64,000 nt of DNA from Octopus vulgaris (GCA_951406725.2 OX597837.1:47120001-47184000); one strand, 5' to 3'. Numbered from the stretch's first letter, positions 14,214 through 26,964 are shown. Notes: generated by a model not told the origin, from the sequence alone. Numbers and translations: made by a program.

Positions 14214-14259
<46 letters not shown>

Positions 14260-14261
14260 TA

Positions 14262-14714
14262 AGGAAGCGAGCTGGCAGAAACGTTAGCACATCGAGCGAA
14301 ATGTTTAGCAGTATTTCGTCTGCCATTACATTCTGAGTTCAAATTCCACCGTAGGTCGACTTTGCCTTTCATCCTTTCGGGGTCATTAAATTAAGTACCA
14401 GTTACACACTGGGATCGATGTAATCGACTTAATCCCTTTGTCTGTCCTTGTTTGTCCCCTCTATGTTTAGCTCCTTGTGGGCAATAAAGAAAAAAAAAGG
14501 CAGTGATCTGGCAGAAACGTTAGCACACTGGGCGAAGTGCTCAGCGGTATTTCGTCTTCCGCTACGTTCTGAGTTCAAATTCTGCCGAGGTCGACTTTGC
14601 CTTTCATCCTTTCGGGGTACCAGTTACGCACTGGGGTCGATATAATCAACTTAATCCATGTGTCTGTCCTTGTTTGTCCTCTCTGTGTGTAGCCCCTTGA
14701 GGATAGCAAAGAAA
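14262..14714 (+). mobile_element. two head-to-tail tRNA-derived SINEs with MetaSINE-like core
   Basis: GGCAGAAACGTTAGC head, GAGTTCAAATTC box B, core GTCGACTTTGCCTTTCATCCTTTCGGGGTC. Other copies at about 18575-18775(-), 36311-36535(-), 37720-37950(+), 38365-38577(-, 16-bp TSD TCAAGCAYGGTATATT), 39966-40198(-). Confidence 0.8.
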
Positions 14715-14854
14715 CGGGTATAATTACAAGTTCTTGGTTTCAATGAGTTGTGTATAAACACTGGAAAGAAATACAAGAAAATGAGTTGCAATTAACTGCT
14801 ATGTTTTATTCAACTGTTTGAAATATTGTGTGTGTATGTGTGCATGCATGTTTG

Positions 14855-14891
<37 letters not shown>

Positions 14892-14988
14892 ACATACACA
14901 CATACACACTGTAAATATGATGTTAACTATTGCAGGCAATAATTCTTAAGAATATATGTTTTTTTTTGTTTTTTTTGTTCTTTTGAAG

Positions 14989-15068
14989 GATAGAGGAGTT
15001 GGCAAAAGCAGCATGCTCTTCCGTATGACACTTGAACATTTTACTGGTTCCATAGACACAAATTTAGG
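14989..15068 (+). CDS. divergent Rab22/Rab31-like GTPase, coding exon (P-loop, switch I)
   Basis: Poly-T/AAG acceptor, 80 nt DRGVGKSSMLFRMTLEHFTGSIDTNLG, GTAAAT donor (phase 2). The preceding exon with the start codon was not found. Confidence 0.9.
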
Positions 15069-16720
15069 GTAAATAAATATTTTAACCATTTTAAAACATC
15101 TTTCACTTCATGAATTAATTGCTATGGTTTTAATGGAAAACATACCATATTTGATGGCATATAAGACATACCCTTTTGTGTGTGTGTGTCCCCCAAAAAA
15201 TCTTAAAAGAATCACCCTGGGGCCTGTATGTGAAGTTGGGCCTGCTATAAGCTTTAATGCACTCAAAACTGTTTCCCTGAATATGAGCTGAAGAAATTGA
15301 AGTTTTTCCAATATGGCCATGCCTCTTTTATGCCATGAAATACCATCCATTATAAGCACCAACTTGAGACACAGTTGAGCAACAAGCTCTTTGGTGTCCG
15401 TAGCACTTGTTGCTCTTTTCTCTGTCAAAATTGGTGCTAAAACTATGTTTTTATTTCATTCTATATTTTGTATATATTTATTTTTTTAAAATTCAGTTTG
15501 TAATTTTGATTGTTGCCTTTTTAGTATTTCATTTTTGAATACATTTCAAACCCAGAACAAGATATATACGAAGCAAACTTCTTAACCACACAACCAGTGT
15601 TTAGGGCCCATGTTGGCTGGAGGATTTGAGGAATAACAATAAGAATATGCAAGATCATATAGTAAAAAAAAAACAGTTGGAAGGTTTGGTTTTGGGTTCA
15701 ACCCCACTATCTGGCACCGTGGGCAAGCATCTTCTTCTATAGCCCCAGGCCAACCAATGCCTTGAGAGTGGATTTGGTAGATGGAAACTGTGTGGAAGCT
15801 TCTTGTGTGTGTGTGTGTGTGTGTGTGCTTTTGTGTTTGTCACCCCCTCCTCCACTGCTTGAGAACTGGTGTTGGTTTATGTTCCTGTAACTTAGTAGTT
15901 TGGCAAAATAGACCTATGGAAATAGTACCAGACTTTAAAAAAAGTTCTAGGGACCATTTGTTTGAATAAAACCCTTCAAGGCATTGTCCCAGCATTGTTC
16001 TGTCCAGTGACTGAAGCAAGTAAAAGATAAAAGCCAGACATTAAATAACAATTCTTGAAGCATTCATCATCATCATCATCATCACAATGAAGATGGTCTT
16101 TGGAATCTTTGGATTCCTGCTGGAATAGAAATTCTCCACAGAATCTTCCAAAGCATTTTTCTCACTTGATTCTGTGTCATCCCCTGCTTCCTTCAGTTCT
16201 TGTTCTTCTCTAGGTTCCAAGGCAAAAGCTTCCTTACTCAGCACTAGTATGGATAAGGAGCCAAAGCCTCAATCAATTCAAGGCTAGTGCTACTGGTAGA
16301 GTTTGGTAAGTGGGGACAAGAGTGGTGGTGGTGGTGGTGGTGGAACAATTGATTAGGTTGATGCTCTTCTGCTTCACTAGTATTTTATTGAACCCCATTA
16401 ATGTTCACCATTAAGGGTTCATCTCTAGCCAGTTCACTTTTGGCACACTTTTTGTCCTTTGCATCTTTATGGCTGAGGATATGAAAGTCATATGGTAGAA
16501 ACTTTTTACGATCAATTTGTCTTATGTTGCCATGCCAACATAACTACCTTCAAACCAACGACTGATTTTATAAGGTAAAATAATTGAAAGTGTAACACTT
16601 CCCCTTCTCAAAAATAACGATTTTGAAATTAAGGTTTTTCCTTTTTATCTCTAGTTACAAAAAAAAAAAATAATAATTTGCATAATTTATATTGTGCTTT
16701 CTCTTTTTTTATTATTTCAG

Positions 16721-16802
16721 TTCTAGTTTCTTATCAAAATCAATCCAGTTAGATGGCACCACATACAAGTTCCAGATATGGGACACTCCAGGACAAGAAG
16801 GA
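16721..16802 (+). CDS. divergent Rab22/Rab31-like GTPase, coding exon (G3)
   Basis: TTTCAG acceptor, 82 nt SSFLSKSIQLDGTTYKFQIWDTPGQEG, GTTAGT donor; phase matches the previous exon. Confidence 0.92.
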
Positions 16803-17185
16803 GTTAGTTTTATTTTATATATTTTCTATTTTGATTCTTCTGTTTTATTTTGCAAATATTTTGTTATATGTTTCAGCATTTGTTAACAATTTCATGTAGA
16901 ACTGCTTTAAAACCATTTCTGTTTAGCATCTTATGAAGGTGAAGATCTTAAAGAACTGTTTCTGAGTTTGAATGTGTCTTATAGAGACAGAAGGCTTTTA
17001 GGGAAAGCCCTTTCTTTCGCTCATAAACACAGCCAACCTCACAAACTCCATTGTATAACCACCAATAACTACCACAGATTGTTTTGCTTCTTTTTTTTGT
17101 TACTTGTTTTGTTTTGTTTTGTTTTTTCCTTCTACTCTTTCATAAGCATCTTTCCAATTATTTACACTGTTTATATCATTCTATC

Positions 17186-17486
17186 GGAGGCACAACGGCC
17201 GGCCCAGTGGTTAGGACAGCGGACTCGCGGTCGTAGGATCGCGGTTTCGATTCCCAGACCGGGCGTTGTGTGTGTTTATTGAGTGAAAACACCTAAAAAG
17301 CTCCACGAGGCTCCGGCAGCGGGTGGTGGCGATCCCTGCTGTACTCTTTCTCTCACTCTTTCTTCTGTTGGCCTGCTCGCTTAGCCAGTGGGGTGGCGTC
17401 ATTTGAAGGCTAAAACAATGCGAAGCGCATTGTGACCAGCAATGTGTAGCAACATCTGATGGTCTGGTCGGTCACGTGATCACTTG
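17186..17486 (+). mobile_element. young full-length tRNA-derived SINE (third family) with 13-bp TSD
   Basis: Box A GGCCCAGTGG, box B GGTTTCGATTCCC, CpG-rich; perfect direct repeat ATATCATTCTATC at 17173-17185 and 17487-17499. Confidence 0.88.
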
Positions 17487-19199
17487 ATATCATTCTATCA
17501 ATATCATAAATATTTGAGAACTTTGCAGAGTTTTGAAAAATAGCTTTATTTTTCATTATTATACTATCATCATCATCATCATCCTAATGATTTAACGTCT
17601 GTTGTCCATGCTGGCATGGGCTGGATGGTTTGACCAGGCCTGGCAAGCTGGAAGGCTACACCAGACTCCAGTCTGATTTGGTATGGTTTCAATGGCTGGA
17701 TGCCCTTCCTGATGCCAACCACTCTGAGAGTGTAATGGATAGCTTTACATGCCACTGGCACAGGTGCCATTTGTGTGACACCAGTATCTGCCGTGACTGT
17801 GATCTTAATTGGTCTGATGGGTCTTCTTCTCAAGCATGACATAATGCCATGGTCTCGGTCATTCGTCATTGCCTTTGTGAGGCCCAACCCTTGAAAGGAG
17901 CTTTTCACATGCCACCGGCATTGGCCACTTGCTTGACAGGTCAGTTCAAGGACAGAATATTGCCAAAGGTCTAGGACACTAGTCATTGCCTGTGTGAGGC
18001 TCAAAGTTCAAAGATCATGCTTCACTACATCGCCCCATGTCTTCCAGCACAGGTGAGGTCAGCATGGGAAAAGTAAACGTTACTATGACGATGACGATGT
18101 GCATACACATACCCCCCCCCCCCCCACATCCTCACACGTTTGTGTTTTGCTATAAATATGCTCAGGGTTTCAGGTTGTCTGTCAGTAAAGCAGTGTGAGT
18201 TTTATGGCCCTCTTAAATTCAGAACTTATCTTTTATGTTTCTTTAGCTTCTACTTCTTTTCCCTCTCTTTCACTCACTTTCTCCCTCCCTTATCTCCTCT
18301 GTCTCCTCCCCTCTCCAGTGAATCAACATACAATAATAAATTTCAAAGTGCTTCAGACTCCCCCCCCCTCCCCGTATATTACAATTATTGCAGCTAGCAG
18401 CGCCCTCTCTATAAATATCTCTCAACTGACAGAGTGGCCAGTTTGGCATTAAACAGCTCCTTATTTACTATTTCTAATGTGGCTTCTACATCAAGAGCTG
18501 CTACTGCTGCTGCTACTACTACTACTACTACTACTACTAAATAATAATAATAATAATAATAATGATAATAATGGTTTCAACTTTTGGCACAATGCCAGTA
18601 AGTTCAGGGGAGGGAGTAAGTTGATTACATTGACCCCCAACAGTCAACTGGTACTTATTTTATTGACCTCAGAAGGATGAAAGGCAAAGTCGACCTTGCC
18701 AGAATTTGAACTCAGAATGTAAAGACCGCTAAGCATGTTACCTGGCATGCTAACGATTCTGCCAGCTTGCTGCCTTTATGGTAATAAGAATAACAATAAT
18801 AAAAACTATTCTTTCTAACTTTTGGCACAGAGCCTGAAATTTTATGGGAGAGGATAATCGATTACATCAATCCCAGAGTTCAACAGGTACTTAATTTATC
18901 AACCCCAAAAGGATGAAAAGCAAAGTCAATTTCGGTGGAATTTGGACCCAGAATGCAAAGCCATTTTGAATATGGCAAAGAAATTTCATCGACGATGTTT
19001 TGCTCTTTCGTTGGATTGTAACCCTTTCGGTTAAGCACTTTTATTGACCAGAATATTGTTGGTAATCCCAACATAATTGACCCTGCTCTAGTTTCTCTTT
19101 CTTTCTTCCTGTTGTTTCACCCTGTCAGACTTTGTAACGTTTACTCCTTTCATCCTTGCCCTCTGCTCATGTTTGGGATCAGTTGCTCTTTTCTCTCAT

Positions 19200-19679
19200 A
19201 CAGTTTCACTCAGGCCATCTGCTTCATTTGATCACTTCATCATAATGGAGTTTTTGGGCCCAGCAGCCAGGGCAGCAGTGACTCCTCCAGGCACTTGATG
19301 TAGGCCTCTGTGTTGAGTCTGAGGCCATGTGGAAGATGAATGGAGGTATAATGTCACATCACTAGTGATCCCTCCAAACATCATGATGTTGACTGGATGT
19401 GTGATTTTTATCACTCTTGGTATATGTTTTGGGGACACAGCAAGCCAATGGTTGTTCTGTGTGTTCACCATCTGTTTGTATTGGAGATTCCAGCGCAAAT
19501 GCCAAGCAGTACAGCATGTTGATTCCAAATTTCTGGCAGAGTGAATTGCATCATGGTACTGTTTTTCTCACAGACAGTACCCAACTGACCCTACTAAACT
19601 GTGTAGATGACAAAATCAAAAACAATGTGCATGCGTGAAATTAAACTTTTTAATTTGGTAACAATTTACATATCACACC

Positions 19680-19680
<1 letters not shown>
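19200..19680 (-). mobile_element. Tc1/mariner-superfamily (maT-like) transposase remnant
   Basis: QMVNTQNNHWLAVSPKHIPRVIKITHPVNIMMFGGITSD in ORF 19232-19528; frameshifted. Confidence 0.6.
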
Positions 19681-19719
<39 letters not shown>

Positions 19720-19753
19720 TATTACCTCTTCCATATGTTTCATTCCACCACAG

Positions 19754-19825
19754 CTCCTTACCAACTATTCCAGCCAAATGCACGGTGCCTCTGCTATTGT
19801 TATTGTTTACGATGTTACAAATAAG
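19754..19825 (+). CDS. divergent Rab22/Rab31-like GTPase, coding exon (switch II, beta-4)
   Basis: CAG acceptor, 72 nt LLTNYSSQMHGASAIVIVYDVTNK, GTAAAG donor, phase 0/0. Confidence 0.9.
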
Positions 19826-20169
19826 GTAAAGTTCAAAGCAAAAGACTTCTCTTCGTTCCTTTCATTTTCCTTATTTTGACTTTGTACTTGATGTTTTTTT
19901 GTTTTTTTTCATTTAGTTATTTAGATATTAGACATTTTGGAGATGCACTTGGCAGGCAAACGACTTAATCTGCAGGTTGAAACTGAAACAATTCCATCCT
20001 GAAAGACATATATTAGCCTTTCAAAAACAGACAAAAAAAGTTTTTGCTTTAAGAATATTCCGAGTGCTGTGGTGTTCAGTGCTTCTTAGCTCAGCTAATT
20101 TCCGAGTTGAATTCTGAAATTGCAAATGTCATATTTCGTTTTTGTGTTGTCGGACAGCAGCCTTTTATC

Positions 20170-20615
20170 TTCTATGGTGTACATGGGGGCTATGGAATTG
20201 GTTCCTGAAATGAAGAAGGAACAAGGCTACTGGAGTTCTGTCATGCAGATAACATCTTGATCTGCAACACCAACTTCAGGAAGCCAGCTAGCCACCTGAT
20301 AACCTATCAATACAAAGACCCTCCCTGGTGAAGAATGTACCCCACAGCATAGACTAGCCACTAGTGACTTCAGACTCCAGGCCAGAAGGATGCCAAGAAG
20401 CAGACCAATCTGGAAAAGAAAGATTTGGAAGCTTAAGAACCCTTCACAGGGTCAGAGTTTTAAGGAGATCCTAATTGAGAAATTTGATGAGAGGGAGGAG
20501 GAGCTACAAACTTGTGACATCAAAGACAACTGAGAATTCCTGCGAGACAGCTTGCTGAGTGCCACAGACCAAATCTGGGGCTGGGGCAAAGTCCCTTCCT
20601 GGCCTAGAGTAATGT
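20170..20615 (+). mobile_element. RTE LINE endonuclease (APE) remnant
   Basis: HGGYGIGS*NEEGTRLLEFCHADNILICNTNFRKPASHLITYQ. Confidence 0.7.
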
Positions 20616-20640
20616 ATCGGCGATTTTGGACTTTTTATAT

Positions 20641-20675
20641 ATTTCTGATGAAGAGCTCCACTCGAAATTTGAAGT
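20641..20675 (+). ncRNA. degenerate minimal hammerhead-like motif in a Penelope-type terminal repeat
   Basis: CTGATGA-AGAG-CTCCA-CTC-GAAA; helix III and cleavage triplet decayed. Confidence 0.4.
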
Positions 20676-21698
20676 CCTCTTTCTTTCCTTTCCTGAGCAT
20701 CCAATAACACTGTACTTATTCCACATCCTCATGATGAAAACAACACAAAACATAATTAAATTCCTTTACTGGATAAGGGAGGCCAGCCTTATTTAAGCCC
20801 ATTTTTTCATTCTAGAGGTATTTGCATGGATAATCTCAGTTAATCAGCATTTTTCAACTCAATATATTATATGTGAGATCCTACAGGGTCTACATTTAAT
20901 ATGCAGACCCGACTTTTCCCCCACACTTTACATCACTCTGTTCTTCATCTCCTTGCATAAAATTGTTCCTTTGGGGTTCATAGCCTTGAAAGCTGCATGA
21001 CAACTTCACTAGTGCTAGTGTCCCCAAAAACAAAAGCACCTGCTACATGCTGTAAAGTGGATGGCTGTGGGAAGGGCATCTAACTGAAGAAACCATTCCA
21101 AAGCAGACACTGGGGCATAATGCAGTCTTTGGGTCCATAAGATCCTGCCAAACCAGGCATTCCATGCCAACATGGATCATGGACATTAAATGATGATGAT
21201 GATGATGATGATGATGACCCATCCTCTTTTCTATGAAGCCAACACTAAGTGTATTGCCATTTCTATAAAACCTTATGCCATGGTTGGAAGCTACTGCAAA
21301 TATGTTAATGGCATCAGTGATTATTAGAGCAGTATGGATTGATGGAAATTTTGTGGAAGCCTGCCATATTTATTTTTTTGTAAGCACAGATATATTTCTG
21401 TGGTTATGGAGTTTGCTTTGCAACTGTTGCAGGTTTGATTCCACTGATACTTGAGTAATAGCCCCAGGTTGATGAAAGCCTTGTGAGATCAAATCTACTG
21501 GAAGAATTATTCATGTTCTTGTATTGTAGATTTGAATCCGTTATCTGGTTTAACACTTCTGTCCAGCCCTTTGGTACATTTAGGAGAGTCCATTTAGCAC
21601 TAGTGCCTGACCCTTTACTGTATTTAGAAACTTATATATTCAATTAGTTACTTATTTAACTTTCTAATGACTTAATTTTTTTCCTCTTTTTTTCGCAG

Positions 21699-21825
21699 AA
21701 TTCTTTTGCAAATGCTACAACCAGCTGGTGGAAGAAGGTCCAGAAACATGGCGGTGCCAATTTAGTAGTGGCACTGGTTGGCAATAAATGTGATCTAGAA
21801 GCTAGTAGGAAGGTCAAAACAACAG
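21699..21825 (+). CDS. divergent Rab22/Rab31-like GTPase, coding exon (G4 NKCD)
   Basis: Polypyrimidine-CAG acceptor, 127 nt NSFANATTSWWKKVQKHGGANLVVALVGNKCDLEASRKVKTT, GTATGA donor (phase 1). Confidence 0.92.
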
Positions 21826-21838
21826 GTATGAACTCTTC

Positions 21839-21880
<42 letters not shown>

Positions 21881-22049
21881 GATATAATAATAATAATAAA
21901 TATTAGGGAATAAATCCAAATTTACAGGGAAAAATCAGATTTAGGATTGAATCCAATTTTATAATAAAATATTATATTATATTAAATTAGAGACAAAACC
22001 ACTATTATGCAAATCAAACAAAGAAAGACTTAAGCCAATACATAAAATA

Positions 22050-22392
22050 ATTTATATATATATGTATATATATATATATGGATGTATATATATATACATA
22101 TACACATGTATGTATATAGATGTATATATATATATATATATATGGATGTATATATATATATACATATACACATGTATGTATATAGATGTATATGTATACA
22201 TGTATATGTATAGCTGTATATGTACACATAGATGTATTTCTATAGATATAGATGTGTATGTATACATGTATGTGTAGATGTATATATATATATATAGAGA
22301 TGTACATGTAATATGTACACATATATATTCACATATATACATGCATACATATATACACACATATACACACACCCACACACACACATATACAT
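22050..22392. repeat. compound TA/TG/CA-rich microsatellite with internal duplication
   Basis: Read directly; the unit beginning ATGGATGTATAT.. occurs twice. Confidence 0.9.
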
Positions 22393-22811
22393 AGGTGCAG
22401 GTGTGGCTGTGTGGTAACAAACTTCGTTCCAAAACACATGGTCCTGAGTTCAGTCCCACTGTGTGGCAACTTGGCATGTGTCCTCTGCTATAGCCTCAGA
22501 TCAACCAAAGCCTTGTCAGTGGATTTTGTAGACAGAAACTGAAAGAAATCAATTGTATATATATATGTATGTATATATGTAAGTCTATGTGTGTTTCTCC
22601 CTCATCAATGCTTCACAACTGGTGTTCGTTTATTTACATCCCCATAACTTGCTAGTTTCACAAGAACAAACTAATAGAATAAGTACCAAGCTTATCAGCA
22701 TAAAAAAAAGCACTAGGCTGTGTCTCATATTTTTGTTTGCTCACTCAGTTGTATCTATCAATTCATCTTTGTATGTGTGTGTGTGTGTGTGTCTATATCT
22801 ATCTGTCTGTC

Positions 22812-22848
<37 letters not shown>

Positions 22849-24026
22849 CACCCTAATGGGGGCCTTAACTCACAAATTTTAGTCATTTCTTTTATGATCC
22901 AAAACTAAGTCAAAAGTATTGAATGGATCTTTATGAAATTTGGAAATTATATTCTTTGCATAAGGGCCATAACCCCCATGACAATTCATATATTTTTGCT
23001 GTTGATCTGGCAGAGATGCCCTTCCTAACGCCAACCACTCCGAGAGTGTAGTAGGTGCTTTTACGTGCCACCGCCATGAGGGCCAGTCAAGTGGTACTGG
23101 TAACGGCCATGCTCAAATGGTATTTTTTTATGTGCCACCTGCACAGGAGCCAGTGCAGCAGCACTGGTAACGACCTCGCATGAATGTTTTTTCACATGCC
23201 ACTGGCACAAGTGCAAGTAGGGCGACGCTGATAACAATCACGCTTGAATGGTGCTTCTTATGTGCCACTGGCATGGAAGCCAGTCGGCTGCTCTGGCAAC
23301 GATCATGCTCGGATGGTGCTCTTAGCGCTCCACTAGCACATATGCCAGTCATCAAACAAGAAGGGTAAGGAAAGTAAATCTACCTGCATTGAGAGCACAA
23401 CTTCATCTCAGGTGTCATTCCCAGATGGTTTGGTAGCTTTTTTCTGACAGTTGTGTTAGTAATAACCTCACAACTTGGGCCGTTGTGTTGTGCTACTAAT
23501 CTAGGAACATGACTCTGATTAGTTTGCTTTGTCTTTTAGTCTTACTCTCCACTTCACTGGAGCCAACGAGGAAATCGCCTCAGAGCTGATCAACATAATA
23601 GAAACAATAGCCATAGTTTTCTCAGTTTACACCTTACTGTGTTAGTATAGAAGGACACAGTGAGTAGTGTTACTCAAGGTACACTATGCCCAAGAAATGT
23701 AAGATGGTAATGCTTTATGTCATTTTATTCCCTGCAACTGACAATGAGCACCAACAGTAAAGTATAAGACATTTTGGTGCTGCCTTCGTTGATCTGATGC
23801 TGACTTATGTGACATCAGACATTTAATGTATCTCTTATTCTCTCCCTTTCCCCATCTCTCTCTCTTTCTCTTCTCTCTCCTGTTTATATTTGTATGTGAA
23901 TTGAAAGACCCAGTCTTCAACAACGAGAACTAATTGTAATTAGTTAATGATTGGAAAGATAAATAAGAAATCATTTAATTAATTTTTTTTATGTAACCAT
24001 ATCTGTTTTTTTCTTTTTTTCTTTAG

Positions 24027-24119
24027 ATGGAAAGTCGTTTGCTGACAGCAATGGGGCAGTGTTTGTTGAAACGAGTGCATTGACTTCCACAAATTTAGTT
24101 TTCTTACTTCAGGAAATTG
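24027..24119 (+). CDS. divergent Rab22/Rab31-like GTPase, coding exon (G5)
   Basis: TTTAG acceptor, 93 nt (D)GKSFADSNGAVFVETSALTSTNLVFLLQEI, GTGAGA donor (phase 1). Confidence 0.92.
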
Positions 24120-24529
24120 GTGAGAAATATTTTTGTTGTTTCTTTTCAGGTTATGGAATTCAGAGCTTTATGTTTAGTTACCAACTAACAGACAGGTTTC
24201 TGAGTTGGATCCAACCTAATGGCACCTCAGTTCAAAACCATTATCTGACCCTTATGTGTCACTCTGTTACCTACATTCAGACCAAGTGACTGGTCTTAGG
24301 GTTTCCCTTCCACAGGTCTCAGAGGATCTGCAAAAGGTTTCAGCTGCTGCTTTTCTCCTCCAACTTTTTGACAGAATTCTGTCGTGATGACAATGTTAAA
24401 CTTAGAATAACAATAACCCTAATCAGATTTTACTTTTGCTGTTACCAACTCCTTATTATATACATACATGCATAAGGATCTCTAAATATCTGCCCATATC
24501 ATACTGACAGAGATTTAGAGATGACCCTA

Positions 24530-25635
24530 ATGAAGCCTTTAATGAGAAGGAGAAAGAGATGGAGATATACAACACAGGACAACTGGGGGTTCTTACAGAA
24601 CAATCTGCGGAGGTGATAACCAAATCTGTGGTTGAAGCAAAGCATCTGCCAAACCTCTTCCTCTTTTTTAGCTATAATGAATCTAGCAAAAGAATTGGAA
24701 AAACATCCTGGCTATCACCCGCCACCATCCACCACTATCACCCCACTGCACATGCCATTAAAAAGCAATCAAATAAACAAAACACCAAAACAATTAAAAC
24801 CATCCACTCTCGCCTCAACATTTTTGCTTAATGCCCAAGGCATCAGCCCTTCCACCAATACTCAAAAATGGAAGATAAAATTCCTGGAGGACTGGGTCAA
24901 TGCCCATCCAAACCACATCCCTTTCTTCGTCCTCACTGAAACCCATCTTAGTGACCTCCATTTGGAAGCCGAGGTGAAAGTTAAAAAATTTCAAAGCCAT
25001 TCGTGCTGATCATGCTGGCAGAAGAAAGGGTGGGACTGCCATTTATGTTCATGATTCATTCTCAACAGAAGCTATGAACATATTTTCGAATGGATACTGC
25101 GAAGCAGTCGCTGCATTCAGTCAAACCAACAACTTAACAGTAGTTGGGCTCTACAAACCACCCCAAACGCCCCTACCATGCTTCAAGGAATGCCTCAACA
25201 ACATAAAGTGTTTCATCCAGCAGTGTCAACCTGACAACATTTTAATGATGGGGGACTTCAACCTCCCCATGGTTGACTGGTCTGCAAACAGTCTACCGCC
25301 AGGTTCTTCACTCTCAACCCTTGACAGGGAGGCAGTGGAATTGCTTCTTGACTTCATGGATGATTTCTTCCTGTCCCAACTGGTGCTCGAACCAACAAGA
25401 TGTCATAAAAACGCCCTAGACTTAATTTTCAGCAATCCCATTGATACTATCCACAATATTGCAGTGGAGAAAACTCTGCTCTCTGATCATGACATGGTTC
25501 TCTGTGATCTGAGATTTCACCGGCCAAAATGCAAAACAAACGTTATCCCTCCTGTTCATCCATTTGACACTGGATTTCCACAACGCAAACTGGGAAGCGA
25601 GCAGCAATGATCTTGCACAAGTCAATTGGTCCTGT
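24530..25635 (+). mobile_element. CR1/L2-group LINE fragment: APE endonuclease domain
   Basis: LLNAQG, VLTETHL, GGTAIYV, LYKPP, MGDFNLP, EPTR, LDLIFSN and SDHDMV motifs across ORFs 24632-25009 and 25074-25610, with a frameshift. Confidence 0.88.
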
Positions 25636-26178
25636 ATATGTAAATACCTCTCGCTAAATATCTATTGCTTTTTATACATTATTGTATCTGGTATGACCTT
25701 GTCTGTTCTTTTCCGTGGCAGATACATTATAGTGAACAATTTAATAAAGAAGTGGAGTCACAAATGCTATGATTAACATGACATTCACCATAGATATTGC
25801 TTCAGTTAAGATTTGTTTCCAAATATGCATCAACTTTAACAACAACTATAAAATAAATACTGTTTTAAGATTTCCTGAACATATAAAACTGCAGTGTGTC
25901 CTGTTTCAATTCTTATGAAGGTTTATGGAATATGCAAATACAAATCTTCTAAATTAGAATTTTAAGAGACAGTGAGGATTATGCTGAGGGTCAGGAAGAG
26001 TGATTATGAAAGGAAAGGAAAGGTGTCTGAATTTTTAGCTAAAGATGTTTTTTTTTAACCATCTTTATACTAAATTGTAAGACAGGATAAAGCACCCTGG
26101 GCTTTATGGCTACCTTCACTGGCCATGATTCATTTCATGATTAGGAGTTATTGTGTAAAATGTAAGTTTTCAAGTACA

Positions 26179-26220
<42 letters not shown>

Positions 26221-26280
26221 ATACACACACACACTGATACACCCATATATATGCATGTGTTTTCCTCTTTATCTTCTCAG

Positions 26281-26399
26281 CTCAAAAGTTACCCCCAACT
26301 TCATGTGAAGAAGTAGAAGCTAGCAATGACTCTTCTTCAAAGGATGTCTCTGACTCAACCAGCAAAACATCAAAGAAAAGTGGTTGCAATCTATCCTGA
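26281..26399 (+). CDS. divergent Rab22/Rab31-like GTPase, last coding exon (hypervariable tail, CaaX CNLS, stop)
   Basis: CTCAG acceptor, (A)QKLPPTSCEEVEASNDSSSKDVSDSTSKTSKKSGCNLS*; TGA at 26397-26399 is followed directly by GTAAGG. The six exons total 573 nt with no internal stop. Confidence 0.88.
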
Positions 26400-26892
26400 G
26401 TAAGGGCCTTTTTCTTGTTTTCTCTGGCTTTTTTCTAGATCTTTTTTTCTTTTTTTTACTTGGGCTGCGACCATGCTAGGGCATCACTTTGAAATGTTTG
26501 GGTTGAACAAATCAACTCCAGGGCTTATTTTTTAAAGTTTGGTGCTTCCTTGTTTCTTAGTTGCTTAAGACAGCTTACCAAAAGGTGATGACAATGTCTG
26601 TCCAAGACGTTCGTTCTTCTCTGCCTCCAGCACATTGTTTCTCATGGGAGTAGACATGGCCGACAATGCCAAAAGGAGAGAGGCAGATCCCATGGCAACG
26701 AGGTCCCTGAAAGTGATCCCAAATAACAGCTGCAGAGAGGGTTGATGATGTCTCCTCCACTCTTCATGCAGTCTCCTACATTCATAGCATCTTTTACCTA
26801 ACTCATAGAAACAAACCAGTACCATTTGTCAGGTGGTGGTGGGGGACAAACAGAAACAAAAAGACACACACGTTTGTGTGTGTGCATGTCTG

Positions 26893-26937
<45 letters not shown>

Positions 26938-26964
26938 GAACATCAATGGAATTTGTATCTTTGT

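Noticed and set aside
17195-17265. tRNA gene
   Set aside because: Only box A/B similarity, no proper acceptor stem or terminator; it is a SINE head bounded by a TSD.
15050-19790. Idea that A-to-I recoding restores the canonical Rab switch residues
   Set aside because: AAT cannot become a Thr codon, nor CCA an Ala codon, by A-to-G changes; switch II differs at too many positions.
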